Positions 30,001 to 39,317 of a stretch of 64,000 nucleotides of DNA are shown here, piece by piece. The position numbers and the translations under genes were made by a program. The DNA lies in the NCBI GenBank assembly GCA_965223545.1, contig OZ245006.1:6848001-6912000 (forward strand). The letters are read 5' to 3'. How positions within the stretch are numbered: the stretch's first letter is position 1; each line of letters starts with the position of its first letter. Origin of the DNA: Planctomycetota bacterium (GTDB lineage: Bacteria > Planctomycetota > UBA1135 > UBA2386). A model generated the notes under the pieces. It saw only the letters and a program-made list of their open reading frames with translations, was not told the DNA's origin and did not search any database.

Positions 30001-31069
30001 GGGGCTCCATTACAACCTGGGGCTCGCCCAGTCCAGGTCGGGTCGTTACGCCGAGGCCGTCGACAGCTTTCGCAGCGCGCTCGCCTTTCACGGCGACGAG
30101 ACGATCATCCAGGTCCAGCTGGGCCACGCGCTCCTGAACAGCGGCGAGATCGACGCCGCCTTCGAGAGCCTGACGCGCAGCATCGAGCTGGACGACGGCG
30201 TCGCCATGGCGCATTACGATCTCGCGGTCATCCACGCGCAGCGATCGGAGCTGAGCGAGGCAGAGGGCGCCGTTCGCCGAGCGCTGGCATTGGAGAGCGC
30301 GACCGCGTCGTGGGACCTCCTGGGTCGCGTCCTGATTCGCATGGGCGACCACGACGAAGCCATCGAGTGCTACCAGAAGGCCGTGGAGCTCGATCCGGAC
30401 TTCGCCTCGGCCCATTACAGCATCGGCTACCTGCTCGGAAGCCAGGGCCGAATGGAAGCAGCCCTCGCAGCGCTGCGACGCGCGGAAGCGATCGACGAAC
30501 GAACGGGTCGCCTGAACGCCCGCGAGCGGGCGGCGGTGCAACGCCTGATCGCCGACGCCGAGGTCGCCTTGAAGGCGACTGCGGACCTGCTCGAGAAGGT
30601 CCGCAGCGGCGCCGACGTGTCGGATCCGAACCTGCTCGTGCAAGCCGCGTGGCTGCTCTACCAGAACGACGAGTATCTGCTCGCGACGCGAACCTACGCC
30701 CGCGCCTTGAAGCGATCGCCCGAACTGCAGGCGATCTATCCGCACCGCTACAACGAAGCCTGCTCGGCGGTGCTCGCAGCGAGCGGCAAAGGCGAGGGCG
30801 CGGCAACGCTGACGGACCAGGAGCGGGCCGAGCTGCGCAATCGAGCGCGAACCGCGCTGGCTGCCGAGTTGGAACGGTGGCGCGAGACAATCGAGGCGGA
30901 TGGCGCTCCGGCCCAGGTGGCGCAAAAAGAGGTCGAACACGCCCTGCGAGATCCGGCCTTCGTGAGCCTACGTAGCGGAGCTCTCGAATCGCTGGACGCC
31001 GGCGATGCCGCAGCCTGGCGCTCGCTGTGGGAGAGTCTTGCGACTTTGGCGAAGGAACAAGCAAACTAG
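27023..31069 (+). CDS. Hanks-type Ser/Thr protein kinase with TPR array
   Basis: IGRGGVG, VAMK, HRDLKPQN, DWG and GTPAYMPPEQ; hydrophobic segment; many TPRs; strong RBS. Confidence 0.95.
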   Translation: MTDPNEEPRDDMAGGLRAAFGDEPAADRPSVLRLLQERSNSKLDLYLHDEGETEEHAVPVTIDDESKALRDPTGRYQVLGEIGRGGVGVVYKGRDQDLGRDVAMKLLRPEYANRPEILERFVEEAQIGGQLQHPGIVPVYDLGLQHGERPYFAMKLVKGETLDAILQRRQGPEEERRRLLGIFEQVCQTVAYAHARRVVHRDLKPQNVMVGSFGEVQIVDWGFAKVLPKSSKPEHERSAERLSSVASVISTVRSDPDKGTHSVVGSMLGTPAYMPPEQAIGDVDHMDRCSDVFGLGAILCEILTGSPPYLKADGDLIQQAARADLEATYERIDASGADPAIARLCRQCLSPARQARPESARQVAEAVGEFLSSVEERARQAQIHAAEAKVRARAAVWLSAAAILVLGLGCGGWFYLDGEARAQSERADRRVASVMEDAGVRFGMARAASAVDLSLWTRALDAADRAVELAQADEVTASKRQAAVELRQRIDAGHAEARAEATRLAKADRIRVRLREARVPVDDNVKSKTYRAREAKRRCEAYRAAFREYLDGRELRKMTATAGAAALAGDLDVEIAAALDDWVASRVFLARNSKTAELDAKVTAVLRGVATALDPDPMRSRVRSAVAGDAPDKSTLLEIFAQADLQALPVASLSLLGGALADVQAEDEARTVYEVAAERFPGDFGSAFELAFLHERAEEWREALAGFKVAGAVHPEMLEVWHRAGHAMHQLGRYEAAERVFRRLVRQDADNTHWQYHLAATLTRLEQYPEARSLLERAVSLSPDIAVNHDELARVLRELGELERAEHHQRRAIDLDPSQAHQHVGLGLVLQQQGKLDEALAAYQKALEVDPDSVWAWSNWGNILQVRGKLEQAEEKQRRALAIDPRFGMGYNNLGDILLAQGEVDEALAAYQRAIDLEPGESLPYTGMSRCLARLGRRQEALEVAKRALALDPELPNAHSELGSRSFESGEYEQAIASYRRAIQLETRPTERWGLHYNLGLAQSRSGRYAEAVDSFRSALAFHGDETIIQVQLGHALLNSGEIDAAFESLTRSIELDDGVAMAHYDLAVIHAQRSELSEAEGAVRRALALESATASWDLLGRVLIRMGDHDEAIECYQKAVELDPDFASAHYSIGYLLGSQGRMEAALAALRRAEAIDERTGRLNARERAAVQRLIADAEVALKATADLLEKVRSGADVSDPNLLVQAAWLLYQNDEYLLATRTYARALKRSPELQAIYPHRYNEACSAVLAASGKGEGAATLTDQERAELRNRARTALAAELERWRETIEADGAPAQVAQKEVEHALRDPAFVSLRSGALESLDAGDAAAWRSLWESLATLAKEQAN

Positions 31070-31308
31070 GTTCGGCGGGGTTTCCTTCTCGCCCGAATGC
31101 CCAGGTGCGACCGTCACCGCGGCGCGGAGCCGGCCGAGCTGCGGGCTAGCCCTACGTCCGGGTCGGGCAGTCACTTGAACTCCGCCCCTGTACCACGCCT
31201 CATGCGGTGCGGCAGGCGATCGCGGAACTGATCGACGCAAAGGCAGAGCCATCCCCCAAGGAACACTAGACCAGCAAGCGCGAGGAGCTCCGACGTCACA
31301 GATCCGTC

Positions 31309-32807
31309 TCACCACTCGTGACTGTGCCCTGCCACCTTCACCTGGAGACGGCCAATGAGTTCGGAGGCGAGTTCGAGTGCTCGCTTTGCCCTCCTGCTCG
31401 TGTAGTTCGTCAACAGCTTTCGTGCCTTGGCAGGCGACGTCTTGTGTAATTGCGCTGCCTCGCGTTCGAACGCCGCTTGGCTCGAGAATTGCTCGCGCTC
31501 GAACGGGCCAGACACCGACCGCACGTCGCCGATCAAGCGGGGGAAGTACGGCGCCACCGTGTTCGCGAGTGTGCGGAATATCCAAAACGCAGATTCACCG
31601 TCGTAGCTCGCGTCGCCAACCGCGTATGGCCGGGGAATCTCGTCGATTCCGAAGTAGAACGGTACATAGATGGCAGTCGGAGCCGAGCTCAGACCGATCC
31701 ACATCAGAGCGCCTACATCGGCCGGTAGCTCGCCTCGCAGCTCGACAACATCGGTATGCACGCCGCGAAACGTCGCAATCGGATACTCGCGGTGAGCGCT
31801 CTTGTCCGGGGAGTAGACGTCGTACGGCGTGCTTTGGTAGTGGTCGCGAAGCAGCGGCAGCAGGTTCTGGACAGTGACCTTCTCGGCGGGCCGAACGTAG
31901 AGGGGCAGCGCAGGGTTCTCGGCATCGAGCTCGAGGTCGCCCAGCAAGCAGAGTCCTCGCCATACCCGGCGTGTGTTGCTGAAAAGCCTCTCGCTGTCTT
32001 TCTTGTCGTCGCCAAAGGCTCGCGCAAAGTGGAACGGGCCATCGGCGGGATCCAAAGTCCGTGCTTCCGAGCAAACTCCCTCAGGTGAGGCGCTGCGAGG
32101 TAGTTGTTTGAATCGTCAAAGTTGACCTCGCCGATGCGGAGCGCGTTCGCCTGCACCCAAACGGCGTCGTCAGGGATGCGCGTCGCTACCCACGAACGGC
32201 CCCCGCCCGCCTCGATGTACCAGATTTCGTCGGGGTCGGCCACTGCGACACCGCTCGGGTAGGTTACGCCGTACTTGGTGTACATCGCGCCAATGAACTC
32301 GACGCACTCGCGCGCGGTCCGGCTGCGTTGCAGCGCGACGTATCGGATTCCGCCGGTCAAGCCGCGCTTGATCAGAGGGTCGGCGTCCTTCGCGCGGCTG
32401 CTTCGGTCGTCGCCCAGTGCGACGCCGCCACCGATGGCGACCTGGTGCTCGTTGACCGCGATGGCGTCGCCCTCGGCAAAGCCGGTGTGGATGCGCAGGA
32501 CAAGCATCGCGTAGGTGTGGGATGCCTGTGGAATCGACAGTCCCGAAGGGAAGGTCACGACGTCGCCTGTCGCGTGATCAGCCGCGGGGATCTTCTCAAC
32601 CACCGACGTTTCTGCGCCGGTGAGGTCGTTGTTGTGCGCAACGATGACAGTACCGTTAGCAGTTGTGGCCTTCCCGGCCATCACCATGTAGCAGCTCAGA
32701 TCACGTGCAAGCTCGTCGGGGGTGCGGCGAGCCTGCGTGGGGGCAACCGCTGCAAGCGCGAGGGCGACGAAGAGCGACCGAGCGTGGTGGCTTAGCTTCC
32801 AGGGCAT
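31309..32807 (-). pseudogene. C69 family dipeptidase, frameshifted near 32051
   Basis: Signal peptide, C-Y-M nucleophile start, AHNND, VNEHQVAI, ALQRSRTARE and DPDEIWYIE; continues in another frame (DPADGPFHFARAF). Confidence 0.8.
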
Positions 32808-33226
32808 GCGGCTTTCCGTGGTGCTGATGCGGGGGAGGAGGCGAATTGTAGTCCACGGATGCGGAAGGGCTGCACCAGCGGAGCCACCAGGCCGCAGCGG
32901 GAGCCGGGGAGCCAGAGCCACCCAGAGGCCGGCGATCTTGGTGCCTACCACCCGGCACCCCGCCGCGAGAACCGACCAGGGTGCAGAAACCGGATGTCGC
33001 CGCTCACAACTGGAGGTGCTGACGCCGTTTCGCGCAGCGCGGCCACCAGGCTTGTCCTCCTGCTTGTCCAGACTCCCGCCCCTTCCAGTCACAGGGTGGC
33101 ATTCGGTGGCACTGCCTGACACTTCGTTCCGCGGTCTTGGAAACCGCGTCCGGCGTGCAAGTCGTTCCAAGAGCGACACGTGAGGCACGCCCGGCTTCTC
33201 GCGGCATCGCCTGGCACCCGGTGGCA

Positions 33227-33303
33227 TGGTACGCCCGACAGGATTCGAACCTGTGACCTCCGGTTTAGGAAACCGATGCTCTATCCAACTGAGCTACGGG
33301 CGC
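33227..33303 (-). tRNA. tRNA-Arg(CCT)
   Basis: 77-nt cloverleaf GCGCCCG...CGGGCGT-A-CCA; anticodon loop TTCCTAA; GGTTCGAATCC T-arm. Confidence 0.97.
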
Positions 33304-33719
33304 TCACACCGAGCAGAAGCTACCCAACGCGGCCAGCACTCACCAGAAGTGTGGCAACCATTGTTCGCCCGACAGTTGGGAGCTCGTTGCCGAGCTCCAT
33401 CGCGGGGAGGCCCGCCTGCGGGGGGGAGCGTGGGCATTCTGCTCGGTGCACTGGCGTGCGGGTGCCGATGCTGGCCCCGCCGTCCGTGGTCGCGCGCAAG
33501 CACCCGGTGGAACACGTTTCCCGTGGTAGCGGTGCTTTGCGGACCCCGCGCGACGTCAACGCGTCCAGTGGTCTCGGCCCCTTCCTGCGACAGCTGCGCG
33601 CCGACGATCGCGACGCGTTGAAGAGGCCCGCGAACAGTGCGACGCGCGCATCGACGTTTGCGAGATGATGGGTGGCGGTGGCTACCGGGTCACGATCACT
33701 GTGACCCGCGTGCCGGGCA

Positions 33720-34160
33720 CTCAGAACATCGGTGGGATCGTGCGCGACATCGTGACGCTCGACGGTGAGTTCGTGGAAGACGCGATCGATTGGTAGGCCC
33801 AAGACAGCTCGGGCGAGGTCGGTACCTCCGCGAGATCAGACAACACTGGCCTCTGGGCTCAGCGCGGCCGCCGGCGACCGCGGGACCCGCGACCGACGTT
33901 CGGGTCGCGGAATGCTCCGTGTTTGGTTGCGCCCCCGGCCGCGCTGAGTACCTGATCGGCGACGCCGAAGACCTGGCCATCGTGCTGGCGGTCGATCAGA
34001 CGGTGACCATCGGGCGTGGGCCAGTTCACCGGCTGTGTGCAGACCGGGGACTTCACGCCCCTCGAGCCCGGGCACATCGAGCTTTCTACGCGCCGAATTG
34101 GCATGGTGCTCGAGGTCGACCCGGAGTCGGGCGACCGGTTGGATCTCGCCGAAGTTTGCT
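33720..34160 (+). pseudogene. Decayed hypothetical gene interrupted by a repeat fragment
   Basis: VRDIVTLDGEFVEDAIDW*AQDSSGEV upstream and EYLIGDAED...FTGCVQTGDFTPLEPG downstream, with a stop and frameshifts. Confidence 0.55.
33838..33948 (-). repeat. 201-bp repeat, inverted partial copy (111 bp)
   Basis: Reverse complement of the CTCAGCGCGG...CAGTGTTGTCT segment. Confidence 0.92.
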
Positions 34161-34270
34161 GGGGCTGCTTGCCGATTGTGTCGCCGCGGGGCTGCGCTTT
34201 CGCGGCCCGGCGGGCGGGTGGTGAGGTGATGAACGGGAGCCTGGCTCCGTACGTTCAGCGCGCGTTCACG

Positions 34271-35887
34271 TCAGCGGCGCAGGTTGACCGCGTTGCTGAG
34301 CACGATACCTCCGGGCACGCTGGCATCGAGCACGACGGCCTGGGCGGAGACCGTCGCGCCGGTGCCGGCGGGGAGGCTGAACGGCACCTGCGTCACGTAC
34401 TTGCCGCGCCCGGGGTCGAACGACAGCGACCCGACATTGACGCCGAGCGGCGGCGGAGCCAGGGTCAGGTTGACGACGCGATTGCTGCCGGCCGCGCAGT
34501 TCGCCGGGATCGAGTAGCCCGTGGTCGCGGGAATCGTCCCCAGGTTGACGACGCCACCTGGCTGTGTCGTGCACGAGCCGAGCTGCAGGAACAGCGCGAC
34601 GGGCAGGCCGCTCGCGCGCCCCTCGACGTCGAAGGCATAGGTCCCGCCTGCGCTGAGATCGACGGTTGGGCAGGCGAAGCCCAAGGGTGCCAGCGAGGCT
34701 CCGTTCTGGTGGACGCCGAGCAGGTTCTCGCCGGACACTCCGGGCGTTGCGATGCCGTTCAGCAGGGCCCGGACTGTGGCAACACCCGTGTAGACGAGGT
34801 CGGGACCGAGTTGCCCGTCGAGGTCGCCGATGGCCGCGAAGTCGATCCAGGTGACGCCGGTCGGGCTCTCACCGGACAGCTGGAAGGTCCCCGTCCCGTC
34901 GTTGAGGAGGATGCGGATCCCCTGGCCGGATCCGGCCAGCACGATGTCGGCCGCCCCGGACCCGTCCATGTCCACGATCTCGATGTAGTTGACTATGCCC
35001 GCGGCCACCGGCGGCACCGCCGTGAATCCGCCAGCGCCGTTGTTGAACATCACCTGCACGGTGTAGGGCGTCACGGGAAACCCGGAGCCATCGCCGTACA
35101 CGATGTCGTCACCCGGCGCGCCGTCGAGCTCACCGGCGGCAATGCGGTTCGGCGCGCTCGGGGTTGTGTACGGAGAACCCGGAGCGCGGGCGAGGCCGCC
35201 ACTGCCGTTGTTCAGCAGGATCTCGATGATCCCGGTCGATGGCGAGGTCGGCACGGCCACCGCGACGTCGGGTCCGTTGCCGCCGTCGAAGTCGCCGACC
35301 GCGACCTCGCAGCCACAACAATACGACCTGAACTGCGGTGGGCCAAAGCCACCGCTGCCGTCGTTCAGGAGCCAGCTAACGCCGTTGATCAGGCCGGCGA
35401 CGACGTCGTCGCCGTTCTGGCCGTCGAGGTCCACGACGTGGATGTCGTTGAACGTGCCGGGGATCGAATAGACCGGTCCGGGCACGAAGGCGCCGGTGCC
35501 GTCGTTGTGGTAGACGGCGAGGTCGTTGGGGAAGATCCGACCGACCACGAGGTCGTCCCCGTTCATGCCATCCAGATCCGCCAGTCCGACGAAGCCACTG
35601 GTTGCGACGTTGTGCTGCGGCGAAGCTACGAGGGCGCCGGAGCCGTCGTTCAGCAGGACTGCGACTATGCCCATGCCTGGCACGTTCGTCACGGCGTCGA
35701 GACCCTGGACGCCGTCGATGTCGCCGAGCGCGATGGTTCGTCCGTCCAACGCCAGCGGCGTCGGAAACGCCGGGGTCAGACCGACGGCGCATTGCGCTGA
35801 CAAGGCGGGGCTCGCGGCGAGGAACGCGAAGACGGAGAACGCTGCAGCCATTGGTCGGACACGGTGACGGAGATTCTTGTCAATCAT
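34271..35887 (-). CDS. Secreted FG-GAP/VCBS repeat protein
   Basis: Signal peptide; repeated GD(I/L/F)DGxxGxD and LLNDGSG motifs. Confidence 0.88.
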   Translation of the reverse strand: MIDKNLRHRVRPMAAAFSVFAFLAASPALSAQCAVGLTPAFPTPLALDGRTIALGDIDGVQGLDAVTNVPGMGIVAVLLNDGSGALVASPQHNVATSGFVGLADLDGMNGDDLVVGRIFPNDLAVYHNDGTGAFVPGPVYSIPGTFNDIHVVDLDGQNGDDVVAGLINGVSWLLNDGSGGFGPPQFRSYCCGCEVAVGDFDGGNGPDVAVAVPTSPSTGIIEILLNNGSGGLARAPGSPYTTPSAPNRIAAGELDGAPGDDIVYGDGSGFPVTPYTVQVMFNNGAGGFTAVPPVAAGIVNYIEIVDMDGSGAADIVLAGSGQGIRILLNDGTGTFQLSGESPTGVTWIDFAAIGDLDGQLGPDLVYTGVATVRALLNGIATPGVSGENLLGVHQNGASLAPLGFACPTVDLSAGGTYAFDVEGRASGLPVALFLQLGSCTTQPGGVVNLGTIPATTGYSIPANCAAGSNRVVNLTLAPPPLGVNVGSLSFDPGRGKYVTQVPFSLPAGTGATVSAQAVVLDASVPGGIVLSNAVNLRR

Positions 35888-36214
35888 CAGGACCTCGATT
35901 GGTTGGTTGCCGGGCAGGTTCCGGATCGCGGCGTCTTCGGTTACGAGCGGCGCTTGGGATCTCGGGTTTCTGGCCGGGAGGGGGCAGGAGACATCTGGCG
36001 CACCGCCCTACAGAGTAGCCCGACACCGATGCCGACGGCCGGGTTGCGACGCCGGGGGCGGCTCCGGGCGTTGCTTTCGCATGGCAGTAACGTACGCCAC
36101 CGCATCGTGTCCTTCCGGCAAGCGCCGTCTGGCCTGGCCCCTTCGCTGGTAGGTGGGTACGCGCTTGCGATGGCAGCGGCGCAGCTCCGTAGCTCTCCGC
36201 CGTAGCCGTCTCTG

Positions 36215-38779
36215 TTATCGCGAGCCGAGCCGCAGGCGCGTCGCCGATGAGAACGCCCACCCGCCCGGCGCGGCCACGTCGCTGACCGCCGCCTGCAAGT
36301 ACACCTGCCAGCCGACGAACGTCGGATTGAACGGCAGCGGCACCGCCCAGCTCGTCGCGCCTACCGAGGCCGTGCGCGTTGGCAGCTCGAGAAGCGGTGC
36401 CACGTGCAGCGCGCATCCCCCGAATCCCATTGGGCGCAGCGCGACCGGGAGTGAGGCCCCGCTCCACGTGGCGTCGGATACACCGAGGAGCGCGACCGCC
36501 GGCACGTTGCGCGCGGTGGGGCCGAGCGTGAACGCACCCGCTCGACCGAGCACGGGGCGACCGCCGGTCCAGCTCGCGCGGAGCGGGCCTCTGCCGACGC
36601 CGCACGCGACGCCGAAGGTGGTCACCGCGGCGTTGGCCGTGGGATCGCGGTAGAGGTTGACGTAGCCGGCGTTCCACGGGCCGCCAACGGGGGCGGCGGC
36701 CGCGACCGTCGCGCCGCCCGCGCTCGGCACGCGCATCAGCGCCAAGTGCCGCCCGAACGCGTCGCCGGGGCCGCCGTTGCGCGCCGAGAACAGCACCGTG
36801 CTCGCGTCGGTACCGGACAACACCCACACCTGGTTGGTCGCCGGGTCGGAGGCCGCGAAGTCGTCGGTTCCGTCGCCGTCCCAGTCGGCACCGGTCGCCA
36901 ACTCGGTGCCGCCCGGCCACGTGGGGAGCGAGCGCGCGACGGTTCCGGTGGCGCCGGAGATCAGCTCCAGCATGCCGGGGCGTGCGGCCCAGAGATCGGC
37001 GACGCCGTCGCCGGTGCGGTCGCCGGCGTCCGCGTAGCCGTTGGTTGCCGGCAGGGTGAACAGCACCGAGCCCAAGGCGCTCGAGTAGACGGCGCCGTCC
37101 AGCATCACCTCGCGTTCGCCGTCGCCGTCGAGGTCGCCGACCGACAGCAGGTGCGCGGTCACTGCGGGCCACACGGGTGCGAGCGGGATGCCGGTGCGGC
37201 CGGACAGAATCAGGGTCGAAGGGCCCACCGAGACGACCACGTCGGGAACGCCATCCGCGTCCCAGTCGGTTCCCGCGGCGATGTGGCGGCCGAAGGCGGT
37301 GTTGGCGTTGGTGACGTCGAGCAGCCGCGCGCCGCCCGCGCCGTAGATCGAGACCCTTCCCGAGCCACCGCCCCCGGCGCCGACCGCGACGTCGACCCGG
37401 CCGTCGCCGTCGACGTCGCCGGCGGGGGAGATGCTCATGAAGCCGGAGGAGCTCGAGGGCGTCCGTGGCGCGAAGAGCAGGCGGCCGTCGCCGCCGTCGT
37501 GGACGCTCAGCACCGCTTCGTGCCCGCGCAGCGGATCGAAGCGCAGCTCGCCGCGCGCGTAGTCGCCGATCCCGTCGCCGTTGACGTCACCCACCGACTC
37601 CAGCGCCAGCGTCGCGCCCGTCCTGCTGCTGGGCGAGCTGGTCTCCAGCCCCGAGCGCAGGCTGACGATCTCGATTGCACCCGGGGTGCCGAGCGCCACG
37701 TCGTCGAAACCATCGCGATCCACGTCGGCGACCGCTGCGGCGCTGCTCGCGACGAATGCCGCGCCGTCGACGTAGGAGCCGAGAAACGTCTTGAACAGAG
37801 GCAGCCACACGGACCCGGCCGCGGTGAGCAGCGGTCGCGGCTCGCCATTGCCGGCAAAGCGACCGATCGCCGCGACCCCGGTCAACACCCGCGCCACGCC
37901 ACACGTCGTGCAAGAGCCGGTGCCGTTCCAACTCGCGATGAGCGCTCCGGTCTGGCCGGAGTACACCCGCAAGTAGCCGGCGGATGCGGGCGGCGGACCG
38001 AACTCCTGCTGGTGAAAGGCAAAGTCGTCGTCCAACCCGTCGCCGTCGAGGTCGCCCATGGCTCCGACGACCGACGCGGGAGCCGCCACGTGCTGCGAGT
38101 GGCTGCGCAAGGACGCGCCGGTCACGCCGCTGTGCAGATCGATGGCCGCCGTGGCGTTGCTGGCGTCGGCCCAGCTGAGACTGACGTCCGCCCGGCCGTC
38201 GGCATCGACGTCGCCGCAGAACGCGGCGGCGAGCACGGTCCCCGGCGCGTTCGCAGTGTGCACCACGGCACCGGTTCGCCCAGATACGACCTGCCAGTCG
38301 GAACCCATGGACGCCGCGCAGAGCAAGTCATCGTGGCCATCGCCGTCGAAGTCTTGCCCCGCGTCCAGCAATGGCGCCGCGCCGAGGGTGTGCAGCACCA
38401 GCGCGCGACTCACCGAGTAGCACCACAACGTGCCGGCGGCCTCGACCCACACGTCGCCGGTGCCGTCGGCATCGGCGTCGCCAGCGGCGATCAGGCGGTC
38501 GATGCGCGTGCCGGCGGGCACCGGCGGCAGCCAGCGTCGCACCAGTGCGCCGGTGCGGGCGGAGTACGCGCGCATCTCGGCCAGTGGCGCCACGGCCGCG
38601 ACCGCGATGTCGTCGGCGCCGTCGAGATCGGCATCGCCGAGTGAGACCAGCGTCGCCGCTGTGCCATCGAAGCCGGGGATGGACAGCTGTTGCAGCACCT
38701 GCTGGCCGGTCACGCCGGCGCTGCCGAGCCCGCAACAGAGCGCGATTCTCCAGAACACCGACTTCGACCCGAGACTCAT
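36215..38779 (-). CDS. Secreted FG-GAP (integrin-like) repeat protein
   Basis: Signal peptide; many GDxDGDGxxD and SGxTG repeats. Confidence 0.9.
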   Translation of the reverse strand: MSLGSKSVFWRIALCCGLGSAGVTGQQVLQQLSIPGFDGTAATLVSLGDADLDGADDIAVAAVAPLAEMRAYSARTGALVRRWLPPVPAGTRIDRLIAAGDADADGTGDVWVEAAGTLWCYSVSRALVLHTLGAAPLLDAGQDFDGDGHDDLLCAASMGSDWQVVSGRTGAVVHTANAPGTVLAAAFCGDVDADGRADVSLSWADASNATAAIDLHSGVTGASLRSHSQHVAAPASVVGAMGDLDGDGLDDDFAFHQQEFGPPPASAGYLRVYSGQTGALIASWNGTGSCTTCGVARVLTGVAAIGRFAGNGEPRPLLTAAGSVWLPLFKTFLGSYVDGAAFVASSAAAVADVDRDGFDDVALGTPGAIEIVSLRSGLETSSPSSRTGATLALESVGDVNGDGIGDYARGELRFDPLRGHEAVLSVHDGGDGRLLFAPRTPSSSSGFMSISPAGDVDGDGRVDVAVGAGGGGSGRVSIYGAGGARLLDVTNANTAFGRHIAAGTDWDADGVPDVVVSVGPSTLILSGRTGIPLAPVWPAVTAHLLSVGDLDGDGEREVMLDGAVYSSALGSVLFTLPATNGYADAGDRTGDGVADLWAARPGMLELISGATGTVARSLPTWPGGTELATGADWDGDGTDDFAASDPATNQVWVLSGTDASTVLFSARNGGPGDAFGRHLALMRVPSAGGATVAAAAPVGGPWNAGYVNLYRDPTANAAVTTFGVACGVGRGPLRASWTGGRPVLGRAGAFTLGPTARNVPAVALLGVSDATWSGASLPVALRPMGFGGCALHVAPLLELPTRTASVGATSWAVPLPFNPTFVGWQVYLQAAVSDVAAPGGWAFSSATRLRLGSR

Positions 38780-38786
38780 GCCCCCA

Positions 38787-39188
38787 TCATACCGTCTCGG
38801 CGGGCTGGATCAGGTCCCACAGGTTGCCGTAGAGGTCCTCGAAAACGGCGACCGTGCCATACGGTTCGGTGCGCGGGCCGCGCGCGAACACGATCCCCTT
38901 GGCCGTCATCTCTTCGTAGTCGCGCCAGAAGTCATCGGTACCGAGGAAGAACGAGACGCGTCCGCCGGTCTGATTGCCGATGAACGCCGTTTGACCGTCG
39001 TTGGATGGGCGCGCGAGCACGATCCCCGTGCCGTTCGAGCCCGGCGGCGCGACGACGACCCATCGCTTGCCCTGCTCGGGCACGAACGTGTCCTCGAGCA
39101 GCTCGAAGTGCAGGGTCCGGGTGTAGAAGTCGATGGCTTCGTCGTAGTCGCGCACGACCAGGGCCACGAGCAGGATGGACTGCTTCAT
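38787..39188 (-). CDS. VOC/glyoxalase family protein
   Basis: LVVRDYDEAIDFY...EPYGTVAVFEDLYGNLWDL. Confidence 0.92.
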   Translation of the reverse strand: MKQSILLVALVVRDYDEAIDFYTRTLHFELLEDTFVPEQGKRWVVVAPPGSNGTGIVLARPSNDGQTAFIGNQTGGRVSFFLGTDDFWRDYEEMTAKGIVFARGPRTEPYGTVAVFEDLYGNLWDLIQPAETV

Positions 39189-39317
39189 CCCGGTCGATGC
39201 TGCGCGCGGCGGCCGTCCGCAAAAAGAAAGAATTGGTGTCGGTCAGCGCTGTCGTGGATCGTTGGCAGTGCAGCGGTGGAATGCGTTCCACTTCGTTTTG
39301 CGTGTGAGGATCGTGTC

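Larger units (their letters stand above)
25389..33271. mobile_element. Genomic island integrated at tRNA-Arg(CCT), no integrase visible
   Basis: Flanked by 45-bp direct repeats of the tRNA 3' half. Confidence 0.75.

Noticed and set aside
26972..30940. Very long antisense ORFs (also 39243-42515, 15196-17469, 51578-53599)
   Set aside because: Shadow frames of GC-rich genes whose opposite strand carries clear family motifs
38430..39317. Long N-terminal extensions in the ORF track (amidohydrolase; likewise kinase from 26525, AGE from 17484, 52169 ORF)
   Set aside because: They overlap genuine neighbouring genes; downstream starts at domain boundaries, mostly with an RBS, fit better
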